Below, in pieces: positions 1 through 9,101 of a stretch of 30,163 nucleotides of DNA (within the stretch, counting starts at the first letter, position 1; each line of letters begins with the position of its first letter). This stretch comes from a virus. Its lineage: Duplodnaviria > Heunggongvirae > Uroviricota > Caudoviricetes. The notes beneath the pieces are model-generated. The model did no database searches. It was not told where the DNA came from and saw only the letters and a list, made by a program, of their open reading frames with translations. The translations under genes were made by a program, and so were the position numbers. The DNA is taken from the IMG/VR virus record IMGVR_UViG_2526164632_000040. One strand, given 5' to 3'.

Positions 1-999
1 GAGGTGACCGTGAGAGCACTACTGACCCCTGAAATTGCCCCGCGTATGGGGATCGTATTGTTCAGGCCCGGTTCAGAGCTGATGCCCCTGTTTATGCAGG
101 GGCGTGTCCTGCTGGAGCCTGAGCCGGAACGTTATTCATCTTTCGCCAGTGGTGCCGTACCGGCGGCATCACAACCGCTGGCAGATGATCCTGCCGTTCG
201 GGCCGTGTTCCGCAATGAGGCAGTGATCCGTCGTGCTGGTGGCGTGGAATGTCTTGAAAGCTGGTTACTTCGTGAAAAAGGCTGCCAGTGGCCTCATTCC
301 GACTGGCACAGCGAGAACATGACAACAATGCGACACGCGCCGGGCGCAATCCGTCTGTGCTGGCACTGCGATAACCAGCTGCGCGATCAGTTCACGGAAC
401 GGCTGGAATCAATGGCAACGGATAACTGTGCCCGCTGGGTGTTGTCTGTTGTGCGTCGGGATCTCGGTTTTGATGACAGTCACGTTGTGACAATGCCGGA
501 ACTGTGCTGGTGGCTGGTTCGTAATGATCTGGCGGATGCCTTACCGGAAAGCGCAGCCCGTAAGGCACTGAGATTACCGAATCCTGTTGTGCCGTCTGTC
601 ACCCGGGAAAGTGACCTTGTGCCTTCGGTTCCTGCCACCAGCATCATCCAGGATAAGGCGAAAAAGGTGCTGGCGCTGAAAGTGGATCCGGAGTCGCCGG
701 AGTCTTTTATGTTACGCCCAAAACGTCGCCGCTGGGTTAATGAAAAGTACACGCGCTGGGTTAAGACACAGCCGTGCGCATGTTGTGGAAAGCCTGCTGA
801 TGATCCTCACCACCTGATAGGCCACGGTCAGGGGGGAATGGGTACAAAAGCGCATGACCTCTTTGTGTTGCCTTTGTGCAGAAAGCATCACGACGAGCTG
901 CATGCGGATACCGTGGCATTTGAAGAGAAGTATGGCTCCCAGCTGGAGCTGATATTTCGTTTTATCGATCGTGCGCTGGCAATAGGCGTACTGGCGTAA
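1..999 (+). CDS. DUF968-family prophage protein (YdfU-like), probably 5'-partial at window edge
   Basis: ORF 4..999 is open from base 1. C-terminal Cys/His-rich motif (CACCGKP...HHLIGHG...CRKHHDELH) resembles the YdfU/DUF968 family found next to Q in lambdoid prophages. Assignment from memory, not searched. Confidence 0.5.
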   Translation, partial: EVTVRALLTPEIAPRMGIVLFRPGSELMPLFMQGRVLLEPEPERYSSFASGAVPAASQPLADDPAVRAVFRNEAVIRRAGGVECLESWLLREKGCQWPHSDWHSENMTTMRHAPGAIRLCWHCDNQLRDQFTERLESMATDNCARWVLSVVRRDLGFDDSHVVTMPELCWWLVRNDLADALPESAARKALRLPNPVVPSVTRESDLVPSVPATSIIQDKAKKVLALKVDPESPESFMLRPKRRRWVNEKYTRWVKTQPCACCGKPADDPHHLIGHGQGGMGTKAHDLFVLPLCRKHHDELHADTVAFEEKYGSQLELIFRFIDRALAIGVLA

Positions 1000-1012
1000 G
1001 TGGAGAACGAGC

Positions 1013-1765
1013 ATGAACCTTGAAGCCTTACCAAAATATTACTCCCCAAAATCTCCAAAACTGAGCGATGACGCACCGGCGACAGGCTCGGGTGGTTTAA
1101 CGATTACGGATGTGATGGCTGCGCAGGGGATGGTGCAGTCGAAAGCACCGCTTGGATTTGCCTTATTCCTGGCAAAAGTTGGTGTTCAGGATCCTCAGTT
1201 TGCGATTGAAGGTCTGCTCAATTACGCGATGGCACTGGATAATCCGACATTGAATAAATTGAGTGAAGAAACCCGGTTACAGCTCATCCCTTACCTTGTG
1301 AATTTTGCCTTTGCTGATTATTCCAGGTCTGCGGCAAGTAAGGCTCGCTGTGAGCATTGTGCTGGTACTGGATTTCATAATGTATTGCGCGAAGTGGTGA
1401 AACACTCCAGAAGCGGGGAATCTGTTATCAAGGAAGAGTGGGTGAAGGAACTATGTCAGCATTGTCATGGTAAGGGAGAAGTCAGCACAGCGTGCAGAGG
1501 GTGTAAGGGTAAAGGTATTGTCCTGGATGAAAAAAGAACCCGGCTTCATGGCACGCCTGTTTATAAGATTTGTGGGCGTTGCAATGGAAACCGGTTTAGC
1601 CGTTTGCCAACCACACTGGCGCGGCATCATGTCCAGAAGCTGGTACCAGACCTGACGGATTATCAGTGGTACAAAGGATATGCAGATGTCATTGATAAAC
1701 TGGTGACAAAGTGCTGGCAGGAAGAAGCATATGCTGAGGCGCAATTAAGAAAAGTGACGAGATAA
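1013..1765 (+). CDS. Q-type late-gene antiterminator (QuuQ/phage-82-like)
   Basis: 250 aa with several CxxC zinc-binding motifs (CEHCAG, CQHCHG, CRGCKG, CGRCNG). Sits directly after the DUF968 gene and upstream of a terminator and the lysis cassette. GGAGA Shine-Dalgarno before ATG 1013. Confidence 0.6.
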   Translation: MNLEALPKYYSPKSPKLSDDAPATGSGGLTITDVMAAQGMVQSKAPLGFALFLAKVGVQDPQFAIEGLLNYAMALDNPTLNKLSEETRLQLIPYLVNFAFADYSRSAASKARCEHCAGTGFHNVLREVVKHSRSGESVIKEEWVKELCQHCHGKGEVSTACRGCKGKGIVLDEKRTRLHGTPVYKICGRCNGNRFSRLPTTLARHHVQKLVPDLTDYQWYKGYADVIDKLVTKCWQEEAYAEAQLRKVTR

Positions 1766-1794
1766 ATGATTTTCGCCGAAGATGGCGACATGAT

Positions 1795-1872
1795 TCTTGC
1801 ATTTTTCAAAAAATCTGGTTAGGATTCTCCTAACGATGGGCTTTGCATGTCTGCCGTTAACGAAATCATAAC
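1795..1872 (+). promoter_or_regulatory. candidate Q-dependent late promoter / qut region
   Basis: TTGCAT motifs with roughly 17-nt spacing to weak -10-like hexamers (TAGGAT, TCATAA) between the Q gene and the downstream terminator. Position is typical of PR'/qut; exact promoter not resolved. Confidence 0.25.
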
Positions 1873-1904
1873 AAACCTCGCTTCGGCGGGGTTTTTGCTT
1901 TTCT
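1873..1904 (+). terminator. rho-independent terminator (tR'-like) downstream of Q
   Basis: Hairpin CCTCGC-TTCG-GCGGGG (one G.U pair) followed by TTTTTGCTTTT. Confidence 0.5.
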
Positions 1905-1956
1905 GGAGGTCAATAATGCAGGGCGAAAAGCAGCAGCCATATTTTTTAACCCTGGT

Positions 1957-2160
1957 ATGACTGTTGAACAGCTTGAAGACTGGCTGGAGCAGCAAAAGCT
2001 TCATCTAAGCCGCTATAACCGTCTGGTAAAAGAAAAAGCAGAGCTTGAAGAACGGCTCAGTGATATTTCTGTGGAAATTGAACGAATGTCTGCTGGTGGT
2101 TTTAACGGAAAGTTGAGTTTCCCTTGGGAGTCAAGTTCGCTTCTGAGAAATCATCAATAG
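1957..2160 (+). CDS. hypothetical small charged protein (67 aa)
   Basis: ORF between the tR'-like terminator and the holin gene; no clear Shine-Dalgarno. May be non-coding leader. Confidence 0.2.
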   Translation: MTVEQLEDWLEQQKLHLSRYNRLVKEKAELEERLSDISVEIERMSAGGFNGKLSFPWESSSLLRNHQ

Positions 2161-2251
2161 GGTAGTATTTGACTGAAATAATAAACAGACTGTCATTAAG
2201 ATCCCTTCCCCTCATATCTGAGAGGACCAACAGCAATTAAGAGGGGGCTAA

Positions 2252-2638
2252 ATGTCCGATCCGATTTCCGGTACTGGGCTGGCTGGTGGTGCCCTGACGG
2301 GTGCCAGTGTTTATGGACTGCTGACCGGAACTGATTACGGCGTTGTATTTGGCGCATTTGCAGGGGCTGTATTCTACATAGCAACAGCAGCAGATCTGAG
2401 TGCATCGCGCCGACTGGCATATTTTATCGTGTCATATATTGCCGGGATTCTTTGCTCTGGGTTGGTTGGCTCCAAGCTGGCGAACTTGACCGGATACAGT
2501 GATAAACCTCTGGATGCTATTGGTGCCGTAATCGTCTCTGCTTTAGCCGTTAAAATCCTGACGTTCCTGAATAATCAGGATATCGGCTCGCTGGTGGCGC
2601 TCATAACGCGCCGGGGAGGTTCAGGTGGAGCTAAATGA
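2252..2638 (+). CDS. phage holin (putative)
   Basis: 128-aa Gly/Ala-rich protein with several hydrophobic segments, first gene of the lysis cassette. Strong Shine-Dalgarno GAGGGGG before ATG 2252. Confidence 0.55.
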   Translation: MSDPISGTGLAGGALTGASVYGLLTGTDYGVVFGAFAGAVFYIATAADLSASRRLAYFIVSYIAGILCSGLVGSKLANLTGYSDKPLDAIGAVIVSALAVKILTFLNNQDIGSLVALITRRGGSGGAK

Positions 2639-2906
2639 CCCGACAGCAACTATAAATGCGCTGTTATGTGCTTGTGTTGTTATTACTCTGATGTTTTATC
2701 GTCGTGGTGATTCGCGGCATCGTCCTTGGGTTTCACGTTTAGCCTGGCTGATTACTGTTACATACAGTGCTGTTCCGTTGGCCTATCTCTGTGGGATTTA
2801 TCCTCATTCCTCATGGCCCATTATCGTGGCGAACACTATTTTTCTTTCCGTGCTGGTGGCCGTCAGAGGCAACGTTGCACGTCTGGTTGATCATCTGAGG
2901 CACTAA
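2625..2906 (+). CDS. small membrane protein of lysis cassette (holin/antiholin-like)
   Basis: 93 aa with three predicted transmembrane stretches. GTG start overlaps the holin 3' end, and its stop overlaps the endolysin start. Confidence 0.35.
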   Translation: MELNDPTATINALLCACVVITLMFYRRGDSRHRPWVSRLAWLITVTYSAVPLAYLCGIYPHSSWPIIVANTIFLSVLVAVRGNVARLVDHLRH

Positions 2907-3520
2907 TGAACCAACAATTATTTCAAAAGGCGGCTGGTATTAGCGCCGGGCTGGCTGCGCGCTGGTTTCCGCACATTGATGCGGCGATGAAGGAATTCGG
3001 CATTACAGCACCAGCGGATCAGGCAATGTTTATTGCTCAGGTAGGCCATGAGTCGATGGGGTTTAGCGCCGTAGTTGAAAATTTTAACTACACACCATCT
3101 GCGCTTGTGGCGACGTTCGGAAAGAGGATCACACAGCAGCAGGCTGATGCCCTTGGCAGAACATCCGGACATGCAGCTCGTCAGGATGCTATTGCCAATC
3201 TTGTGTATAGCAACCGGCTGGGTAACAAAGCACCCGGTGATGGCTGGAAATATCGCGGTAGAGGATTAATTCAAATCACTGGCCTCCATAATTATCGCAT
3301 CTGTGGCGCGGCGCTGAAGTTAGATCTGGTGACTTCACCTGAACAACTGGAGCAGGATCTACAGGCCGCGCGCTCAGCTGCATGGTTCTACACATCTAAA
3401 GGCTGCATGGTCTACGGTGCCGATATTAATCGTGTTACGCGCATCATTAACGGCGGTCTGAACGGTATTGAGGATCGTAAGATTCGATACAACAAGGCGC
3501 GGGCGGCGCTGCTGGTATGA
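2906..3520 (+). CDS. endolysin, glycoside hydrolase family 19 (chitinase-like lysozyme)
   Basis: 204 aa with GH19-type motifs (FIAQVGHES, YRGRGLIQITG, INGGLNG). Lies between holin and Rz. Confidence 0.7.
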   Translation: MNQQLFQKAAGISAGLAARWFPHIDAAMKEFGITAPADQAMFIAQVGHESMGFSAVVENFNYTPSALVATFGKRITQQQADALGRTSGHAARQDAIANLVYSNRLGNKAPGDGWKYRGRGLIQITGLHNYRICGAALKLDLVTSPEQLEQDLQAARSAAWFYTSKGCMVYGADINRVTRIINGGLNGIEDRKIRYNKARAALLV

Positions 3521-3978
3521 AGACGAGTTATTGGGCGCTCATTTTAACGTTTATTGCTTGTATTGCTGGTGGTCTTGTCTGGTCAGCTAATCATTACCAC
3601 AATAAAGCCATTGAATACAAAAAACAGCGCGATGAAAACGCTATGGCATTAGATTCGGCTATGGCGACGATCTCTGATATGCAGAAGCGTCAACGTGACG
3701 TAGCAGAACTCGATGCCAGATATACAAAGGAGCTTGCTGATGCTAACGCCACTATCGAAAGTCTCCGTGCTGATGTTTCTGCTGGTCGTAAGCGCCTGCA
3801 AGTCTCCGCCACCTGTGCAAAGTCAACGACCGGAGCCAGCAGCATGGGCGATGGAGAAAGCCCAAGACTTACAGCAGATGCTGAACTCAATTATTACCGT
3901 CTCCGAAGTGGAATAGACAGGATAACCGCGCAGGTTAACTACCTGCAGGAGTACATCAGGGCTCAGTGCCTGAAATAA
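3517..3978 (+). CDS. Rz-like i-spanin
   Basis: 153 aa with N-terminal transmembrane anchor and coiled-coil-like periplasmic part. ATGA overlap with the endolysin stop. Confidence 0.65.
   Translation: MKTSYWALILTFIACIAGGLVWSANHYHNKAIEYKKQRDENAMALDSAMATISDMQKRQRDVAELDARYTKELADANATIESLRADVSAGRKRLQVSATCAKSTTGASSMGDGESPRLTADAELNYYRLRSGIDRITAQVNYLQEYIRAQCLK
3740..3916 (+). CDS. Rz1-like o-spanin lipoprotein, embedded in Rz in the +1 frame
   Basis: ORF 3713..3916 lies wholly inside Rz. Internal ATG 3740 has AGGAG 8 nt upstream. Product has a signal peptide ending in lipobox VSAC and a proline-rich mature part. Confidence 0.6.
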   Translation: MLTPLSKVSVLMFLLVVSACKSPPPVQSQRPEPAAWAMEKAQDLQQMLNSIITVSEVE

Positions 3979-4007
3979 TTTTTTTGCAAATCACAAAGTC
4001 CATTTAA

Positions 4008-4034
4008 TGAGCCTCGCGATGCGGGGCTTTTTTA
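4008..4034 (+). terminator. rho-independent terminator after lysis cassette
   Basis: Hairpin GCCTCGC-GAT-GCGGGGC followed by TTTTTT. Confidence 0.5.
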
Positions 4035-4180
4035 TGTCCGCAGTAAACGCGCTTCACACGCGCGACTTATGAACACAGAACCTTTCAGGATGACCCTTGA
4101 GGATGCCGGTTTGGTGATCGGTACCTTTCTGTGGGCCGGAATCCTGTGTGACAAGGTTCATCACTAAAAGGTAATTACTG

Positions 4181-4711
4181 ATGAAGTACCCAACAGTTAT
4201 TGTCAATGGTGTGTCCGTTCGTGTTGATGAGGATGGACGCTACAACTTAAACGATCTCCATGCAGCAGCAGTTGCAAATGGAGAGGCTACAGAGCAACAG
4301 CGCCCAAGCCAGTTTTTGCGTAGCGCGCAGATAAAACGCTTCATAAAAGCACTGGAGGCCAAAGTGCAAAAAAGCACTTTGGAACAAATTCAGCCACTTA
4401 AAATAATCAAAGGTGGTGCAGAACCAGGTGTGTGGGGTGTTGAACTTCTGGCAATCAGATATGCAGCATGGATTAAGCCGGAATTTGAAATCGAAGTTTA
4501 TGAAGTTTTCAAAACGGTTGTCCGTCTCGGCGTTGGCGCAATGTCCCGTCTGAATAGAATCGATCACATCATCAATACTGAAACCAAAGCGATAAGCCAG
4601 TGCGCAAGCCAAATGGCTAAGTGGGGCGTTGGTGGGCGAAAAAGATTGCTTCATGTTGCACGTGAGAGAGCGGCAAATGAAGTGCAAATGTATTTGCCCG
4701 GAATGGTGTGA
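4181..4711 (+). CDS. KilA-N domain protein
   Basis: N-terminal region matches the KilA-N pattern as recalled (VDEDGRYNLNDLHAAA..., RPSQFLR, GVWGVELLAIRYAAWIKPEFEIEV). Isolated gene flanked by non-coding DNA. Confidence 0.6.
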   Translation: MKYPTVIVNGVSVRVDEDGRYNLNDLHAAAVANGEATEQQRPSQFLRSAQIKRFIKALEAKVQKSTLEQIQPLKIIKGGAEPGVWGVELLAIRYAAWIKPEFEIEVYEVFKTVVRLGVGAMSRLNRIDHIINTETKAISQCASQMAKWGVGGRKRLLHVARERAANEVQMYLPGMV

Positions 4712-5026
4712 TTTCGCAGGTTAATCCAGTTTTTGCATTACGGCAGTACAGCGAAACAACCCAAGCCAGTAAGTGGGGAAATAACACTGGCAGCCACTGA
4801 AAGATGAACCTCCAGCCTTATGGCAAAAAAGATTCTTTGTGGTGGCGGACTGATGGAAAGACATCGGTTATTGCAGAGGCCATTCAATGAGTGGTCTCGA
4901 CAATGGCTTATACCCTGCACGGGATAACTTAACTGATATCCATTTTAACGGATAAACGGAGCCAATAATGGCAGAGAATGTCGGCATTATGGCAATGAAA
5001 TTTGGATAAATCGGAGATTAGTACAT

Positions 5027-5377
5027 ATGCCGCCACGAATCCCAAAAGCCTGCCGTGTTCGCGGTTGCCGCCATACCACCACAGATCCGTCAGGCTATTG
5101 TGAAAGCCACAAAAGCGAAGGCTGGAAGCAATACAAACCTGGACAATCCCGTCATCAGCGCGGCTACGGTTCGAAGTGGGACAGTATCCGCGTGCGCATA
5201 TTGAAGCGTGACAAAGGCCTGTGTCAGTTATGTCTGCGTGCTGGTGTGGTGCGTGAGGCGAAAACCGTTGACCACATCATTCCTAAAGCGCATGGCGGCA
5301 CTGATGCCGACAGTAATCTGCAGAGTCTGTGCTGGCCCTGCCATAAGGCGAAGACGGCCCGTGAACGGTTAAAGTGA
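5027..5377 (+). CDS. HNH endonuclease (terminase-associated)
   Basis: 116 aa with Cys-rich N-terminus and HNH motif (DHIIPKAHGG...NLQSLCWPCH). Sits immediately upstream of terS/terL as in cos-type HK97-like phages. Confidence 0.75.
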   Translation: MPPRIPKACRVRGCRHTTTDPSGYCESHKSEGWKQYKPGQSRHQRGYGSKWDSIRVRILKRDKGLCQLCLRAGVVREAKTVDHIIPKAHGGTDADSNLQSLCWPCHKAKTARERLK

Positions 5378-5502
5378 TAATAATTCTCAACTGTCTGAGG
5401 GGAGGGGCGGGTCAAATCCCTGTGACCTGACGTCTTCCGGACTGCCCGCCCCATCGTTTTTTTATACCCGCGAAAAATGAAATTTAACCAGGAGTGCCGC
5501 AT

Positions 5503-5997
5503 ATGGCTGGAACGGCGGGGCGTTCCGGGCGTCGCCCCAAGCCAACGGCGCGCAAGGCGCTGGCCGGAAACCCCGGCAAGCGAGCCCTGAATAAAGATGA
5601 ACCTGTTTTTACGCCCATCAAAGGTGTTGAGCCACCGGAGTGGTTCGCTGAAGAAGATCTCCCTCTCGCTACGATCATGTGGCAACTGACAACTAAAGAA
5701 CTCTGCGGTCAGGGCCTGCTGTGCGTGACTGACCTTGCGGTGCTTGAGCGGTGGTGCGTGGCCTACGAGTTCTGGCGACGTGCCGTGAAAAATATTGCCA
5801 GACAGGGCAACACCATCACCGGTGCAATGGGCGGCAGGGTCAAAAATCCGGAGCTGACTGCCAAAAAAGAACAGGAGTCCGAGATGAGCAGTACGGGGGC
5901 AATGCTCGGACTCGACCCCAGCAGCCGCCAGCGTCTGATTGGCCTGGCGGGGAAGAAGAAAGCCACTAACCCGTTTCTGAAAATTATCGAATCATGA
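5503..5997 (+). CDS. terminase small subunit (P27-family-like)
   Basis: Basic N-terminus ([18 protein letters not shown]). ATG 5503 is preferred over GTG 5494 because of AGGAG upstream. ATGA overlap with terL. Confidence 0.65.
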   Translation: MAGTAGRSGRRPKPTARKALAGNPGKRALNKDEPVFTPIKGVEPPEWFAEEDLPLATIMWQLTTKELCGQGLLCVTDLAVLERWCVAYEFWRRAVKNIARQGNTITGAMGGRVKNPELTAKKEQESEMSSTGAMLGLDPSSRQRLIGLAGKKKATNPFLKIIES

Positions 5998-7727
5998 GCC
6001 GGAAATCTTACCCCAACGTAAATGCTGCCAATCAGTATGCCCGTGATGTCGTGCGCGGAAAGATTGTGGCCTGCCAGTTTGTGATTCAGGCCTGCCAGCG
6101 CCATCTTGATGACCTGATGGCGGAAAAAAGTAAGTCGTTTCGTTACCGCTTCGACAAGGACCTGGCTGAACGGGCCGCCAAATTTATTCAGCTGTTGCCG
6201 CACACCAAGGGTGAGTGGGCATTCAAGAGGATGCCCATCACGCTGGAGCCGTGGCAGCTATTTGTGGTCTGCTGTGCGTTTGGCTGGGTCAATAAAGGGT
6301 CCCGGCTGCGCCGCTTCCGGGAGGTGTATACCGAAATCCCCCGTAAGAACGGCAAATCGGCAATCTCTGCCGGTGTTGCCCTGTATTGTTTTGCCTGTGA
6401 TAACGAGTTCGGCGCGGAAGTGTATTCCGGTGCCACGACAGAGAAACAGGCGTGGGAAGTCTTTCGCCCGGCGCGACTGATGTGTAAACGCACCCCCATG
6501 CTGACGGAAGCGTTCGGGATTGAGGTTAACGCCTCAAACATGAACCGTCCGGAGGATGGCGCGCGGTTTGAACCGCTGATCGGCAACCCAGGTGATGGTT
6601 CATCACCCCACTGTGCCGTGGTTGATGAATATCACGAGCATGCCACCGATGCGCTTTATACCACAATGCTTACCGGGATGGGGGCGCGACGTCAGCCACT
6701 GATGTGGGCCATCACCACCGCCGGGTACAACATTGAGGGGCCGTGCTACGACAAGCGGCGGGAAGTCATCGAGATGCTCAACGGCTCGGTGCCTAACGAT
6801 GAACTGTTCGGGATCATCTATACCGTTGATGAAGGTGACGACTGGACCGACCCGCAGGTGCTGGAAAAAGCCAATCCAAATATTGGCGTGTCGGTTTATC
6901 GCGAATTTTTGTTAAGTCAGCAGCAGCGTGCGAAAAATAACGCCCGTCTGGCAAACGTCTTTAAAACAAAACACCTCAATATCTGGGTGTCGGCGCGTTC
7001 GGCGTATTTCAACCTGGTGAGCTGGCAGAGCTGCGAGGATAAATCACTGACCCTTGAGCAGTTCGAGGGGCAGCCGTGCATTCTGGCCTTTGACCTGGCG
7101 CGTAAGCTGGATATGAACAGCATGGCGCGACTTTATACCCGCGAGATTGACGGTAAAACGCATTACTACAGTGTGGCCCCGCGCTTCTGGGTACCGTATG
7201 ACACGGTGTACAGCGTCGAGAAAAATGAAGATAGACGGACAGCCGAACGCTTTCAGAAATGGGTGAAAATGGGCGTCCTGACCGTTACCGATGGTGCAGA
7301 GGTGGATTATCGCTACATCCTCGAGGAGGCCAAAGCGGCGAACAAAATCAGCCCGGTCAGTGAGTCACCCATCGACCCCTTCGGGGCGACCGGGCTGTCA
7401 CATGACCTTGCTGATGAAGATCTGAATCCCGTCACTATCGTCCAGAACTTCGCCAATATGTCCGATCCGATGAAAGAGCTGGAAGCAGCGATTGAATCGG
7501 GACGCTTTCATCATGACGGCAATCCCATCATGACCTGGTGTATCGGCAATGTGGTCGGCAAAAACATGCCAGGTAACGATGATTTAGTGAAGCCCGTCAA
7601 GGAGCAGGCGGAAAACAAAATCGATGGTGCGGTTGCACTGATTATGACGATCGGTCGGGCAATGCTCAAAGAACCTGACGATTTCCTCTCATCTCTTGAT
7701 CCGGACGATGATCTCTTAATTCTATGA
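5994..7727 (+). CDS. terminase large subunit
   Basis: 577 aa, the size and position expected for a large terminase. Follows terS with start/stop overlap. Confidence 0.85.
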   Translation: MSRKSYPNVNAANQYARDVVRGKIVACQFVIQACQRHLDDLMAEKSKSFRYRFDKDLAERAAKFIQLLPHTKGEWAFKRMPITLEPWQLFVVCCAFGWVNKGSRLRRFREVYTEIPRKNGKSAISAGVALYCFACDNEFGAEVYSGATTEKQAWEVFRPARLMCKRTPMLTEAFGIEVNASNMNRPEDGARFEPLIGNPGDGSSPHCAVVDEYHEHATDALYTTMLTGMGARRQPLMWAITTAGYNIEGPCYDKRREVIEMLNGSVPNDELFGIIYTVDEGDDWTDPQVLEKANPNIGVSVYREFLLSQQQRAKNNARLANVFKTKHLNIWVSARSAYFNLVSWQSCEDKSLTLEQFEGQPCILAFDLARKLDMNSMARLYTREIDGKTHYYSVAPRFWVPYDTVYSVEKNEDRRTAERFQKWVKMGVLTVTDGAEVDYRYILEEAKAANKISPVSESPIDPFGATGLSHDLADEDLNPVTIVQNFANMSDPMKELEAAIESGRFHHDGNPIMTWCIGNVVGKNMPGNDDLVKPVKEQAENKIDGAVALIMTIGRAMLKEPDDFLSSLDPDDDLLIL

Positions 7728-7885
7728 AATCACTAATTGCTGATGTTATCGGGCTGGCTGGTTTTGGCCTGCTTACGTGCGGGGTTTACCTGCAGTTTGG
7801 TATGGCTCCGGCTCTGATTTTGTCCGGTGCTTTACTGCTGGTGGGCGCACTGGCTATGGCCAGAAGGGGGACGCGTGCTGCTTGA
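7724..7885 (+). CDS. hypothetical small membrane protein (53 aa)
   Basis: Hand-translated [56 protein letters not shown], absent from the >=60 aa track. ATG overlaps the terL stop (ATGA) and the 3' end overlaps the portal start. Two hydrophobic helices. Confidence 0.3.
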   Translation: MKSLIADVIGLAGFGLLTCGVYLQFGMAPALILSGALLLVGALAMARRGTRAA

Positions 7886-9101
7886 TGCTCTGTTCAGAAG
7901 TAAATCACTGGAGAATCCTTCCACCCCGATAACCGGTGATGCCGTTGATACTGATGGGCTGTTCCGGGCAGACGTTTATGTCAGTCCTGAGACTGCGATG
8001 AAACTGGCTGCGGTGTATTCCTGTATCTATGTCCTGTCTTCCAGCCTTGCCCAGATGCCGTTGCATGTTATGCGCAGGCACAAGGGGAAGGTTGAACCCG
8101 CACGCGATCATCCGGCGTTTTATCTGGTTCATGATGAGCCCAATACCTGGCAAACCAGCTACAAATGGCGCGAACTGAAGCAACGTCACATCCTTGGCTG
8201 GGGGAATGGGTATACCTGGGTGAAACGTAATCGTCGCGGTGAAGTTATATCCCTGGATTGCTGTATGCCGTGGGAAACGACGCTGATGAATACTGGTGGC
8301 CGATATACCTACGGTTTGTACAACGAATATGGGGCGTTTGCGATCAGTCCGGACGATATGATCCACATCCGTGCGCTGGGTAATAATCAGAAGATGGGGC
8401 TGAGTCCGATTATGCAACATGCCGAAACAATAGGCATGGGGATGAGCGGTCAGAAGTACACAGAAAGCTTCTTCAGCGGTAATGCCCGTCCGGCGGGGAT
8501 AGTATCCGTTAAAAGCGGACTCAATAAGGAAAGCTGGGGCTGGCTTAAAGATCAGTGGCAGAAGGCATCGCAGGCGTTACGCCGCCAGGAAAACAAAACC
8601 ATGCTGCTGCCAGCCGATCTGGATTACAAGGCACTGACTGTGTCGCCAGTTGACGCTCAGATCATTGACATGATGAAGCTGAACCGTTCAATGATCGCCG
8701 GTATTTTCAATATTCCTGCGCACATGATTAATGACCTCGAAAAAGCCACCTTCTCCAATATTTCTGCGCAGGCGATTCAGTTTGTCCGCTACACGATGAT
8801 GCCGTGGGTGACGAACTGGGAGCAGGAGCTTAACCGTCGCTTGTTTACCCGCGCTGAGTTAGCCGCCGGGTATTACGTCAGGTTCAATCTGACGGGGCTT
8901 TTACGCGGAACTCCGCAGGAGCGCGCGCAATTCTATCACTTCGCTATTACCGATGGATGGATGAGCCGTAATGAGGCCCGCGCATTCGAGGATATGAATC
9001 CGGTTGAAGGGCTGGACGAGATGCTGGTAAGCGTGAATGCTGCTAACCCGGCAGGAGATTTTAAGCCCCCAAAAAACGATGAGGGAAAAACCAATGAATG
9101 A
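7875..9101 (+). CDS. portal protein (HK97-family-like)
   Basis: About 409 aa between terminase and prohead protease. GTG 7875 is preferred because of AGAAGGGGG just upstream; the track's ATG 7827 is an alternative. Confidence 0.8.
   Translation: MLLDALFRSKSLENPSTPITGDAVDTDGLFRADVYVSPETAMKLAAVYSCIYVLSSSLAQMPLHVMRRHKGKVEPARDHPAFYLVHDEPNTWQTSYKWRELKQRHILGWGNGYTWVKRNRRGEVISLDCCMPWETTLMNTGGRYTYGLYNEYGAFAISPDDMIHIRALGNNQKMGLSPIMQHAETIGMGMSGQKYTESFFSGNARPAGIVSVKSGLNKESWGWLKDQWQKASQALRRQENKTMLLPADLDYKALTVSPVDAQIIDMMKLNRSMIAGIFNIPAHMINDLEKATFSNISAQAIQFVRYTMMPWVTNWEQELNRRLFTRAELAAGYYVRFNLTGLLRGTPQERAQFYHFAITDGWMSRNEARAFEDMNPVEGLDEMLVSVNAANPAGDFKPPKNDEGKTNE

Noticed and set aside
4090-4167. 25-aa hydrophobic peptide ORF upstream of the KilA-N gene
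   Set aside because: Very short, weak ribosome-binding site and no supporting evidence; noted only as a possibility.
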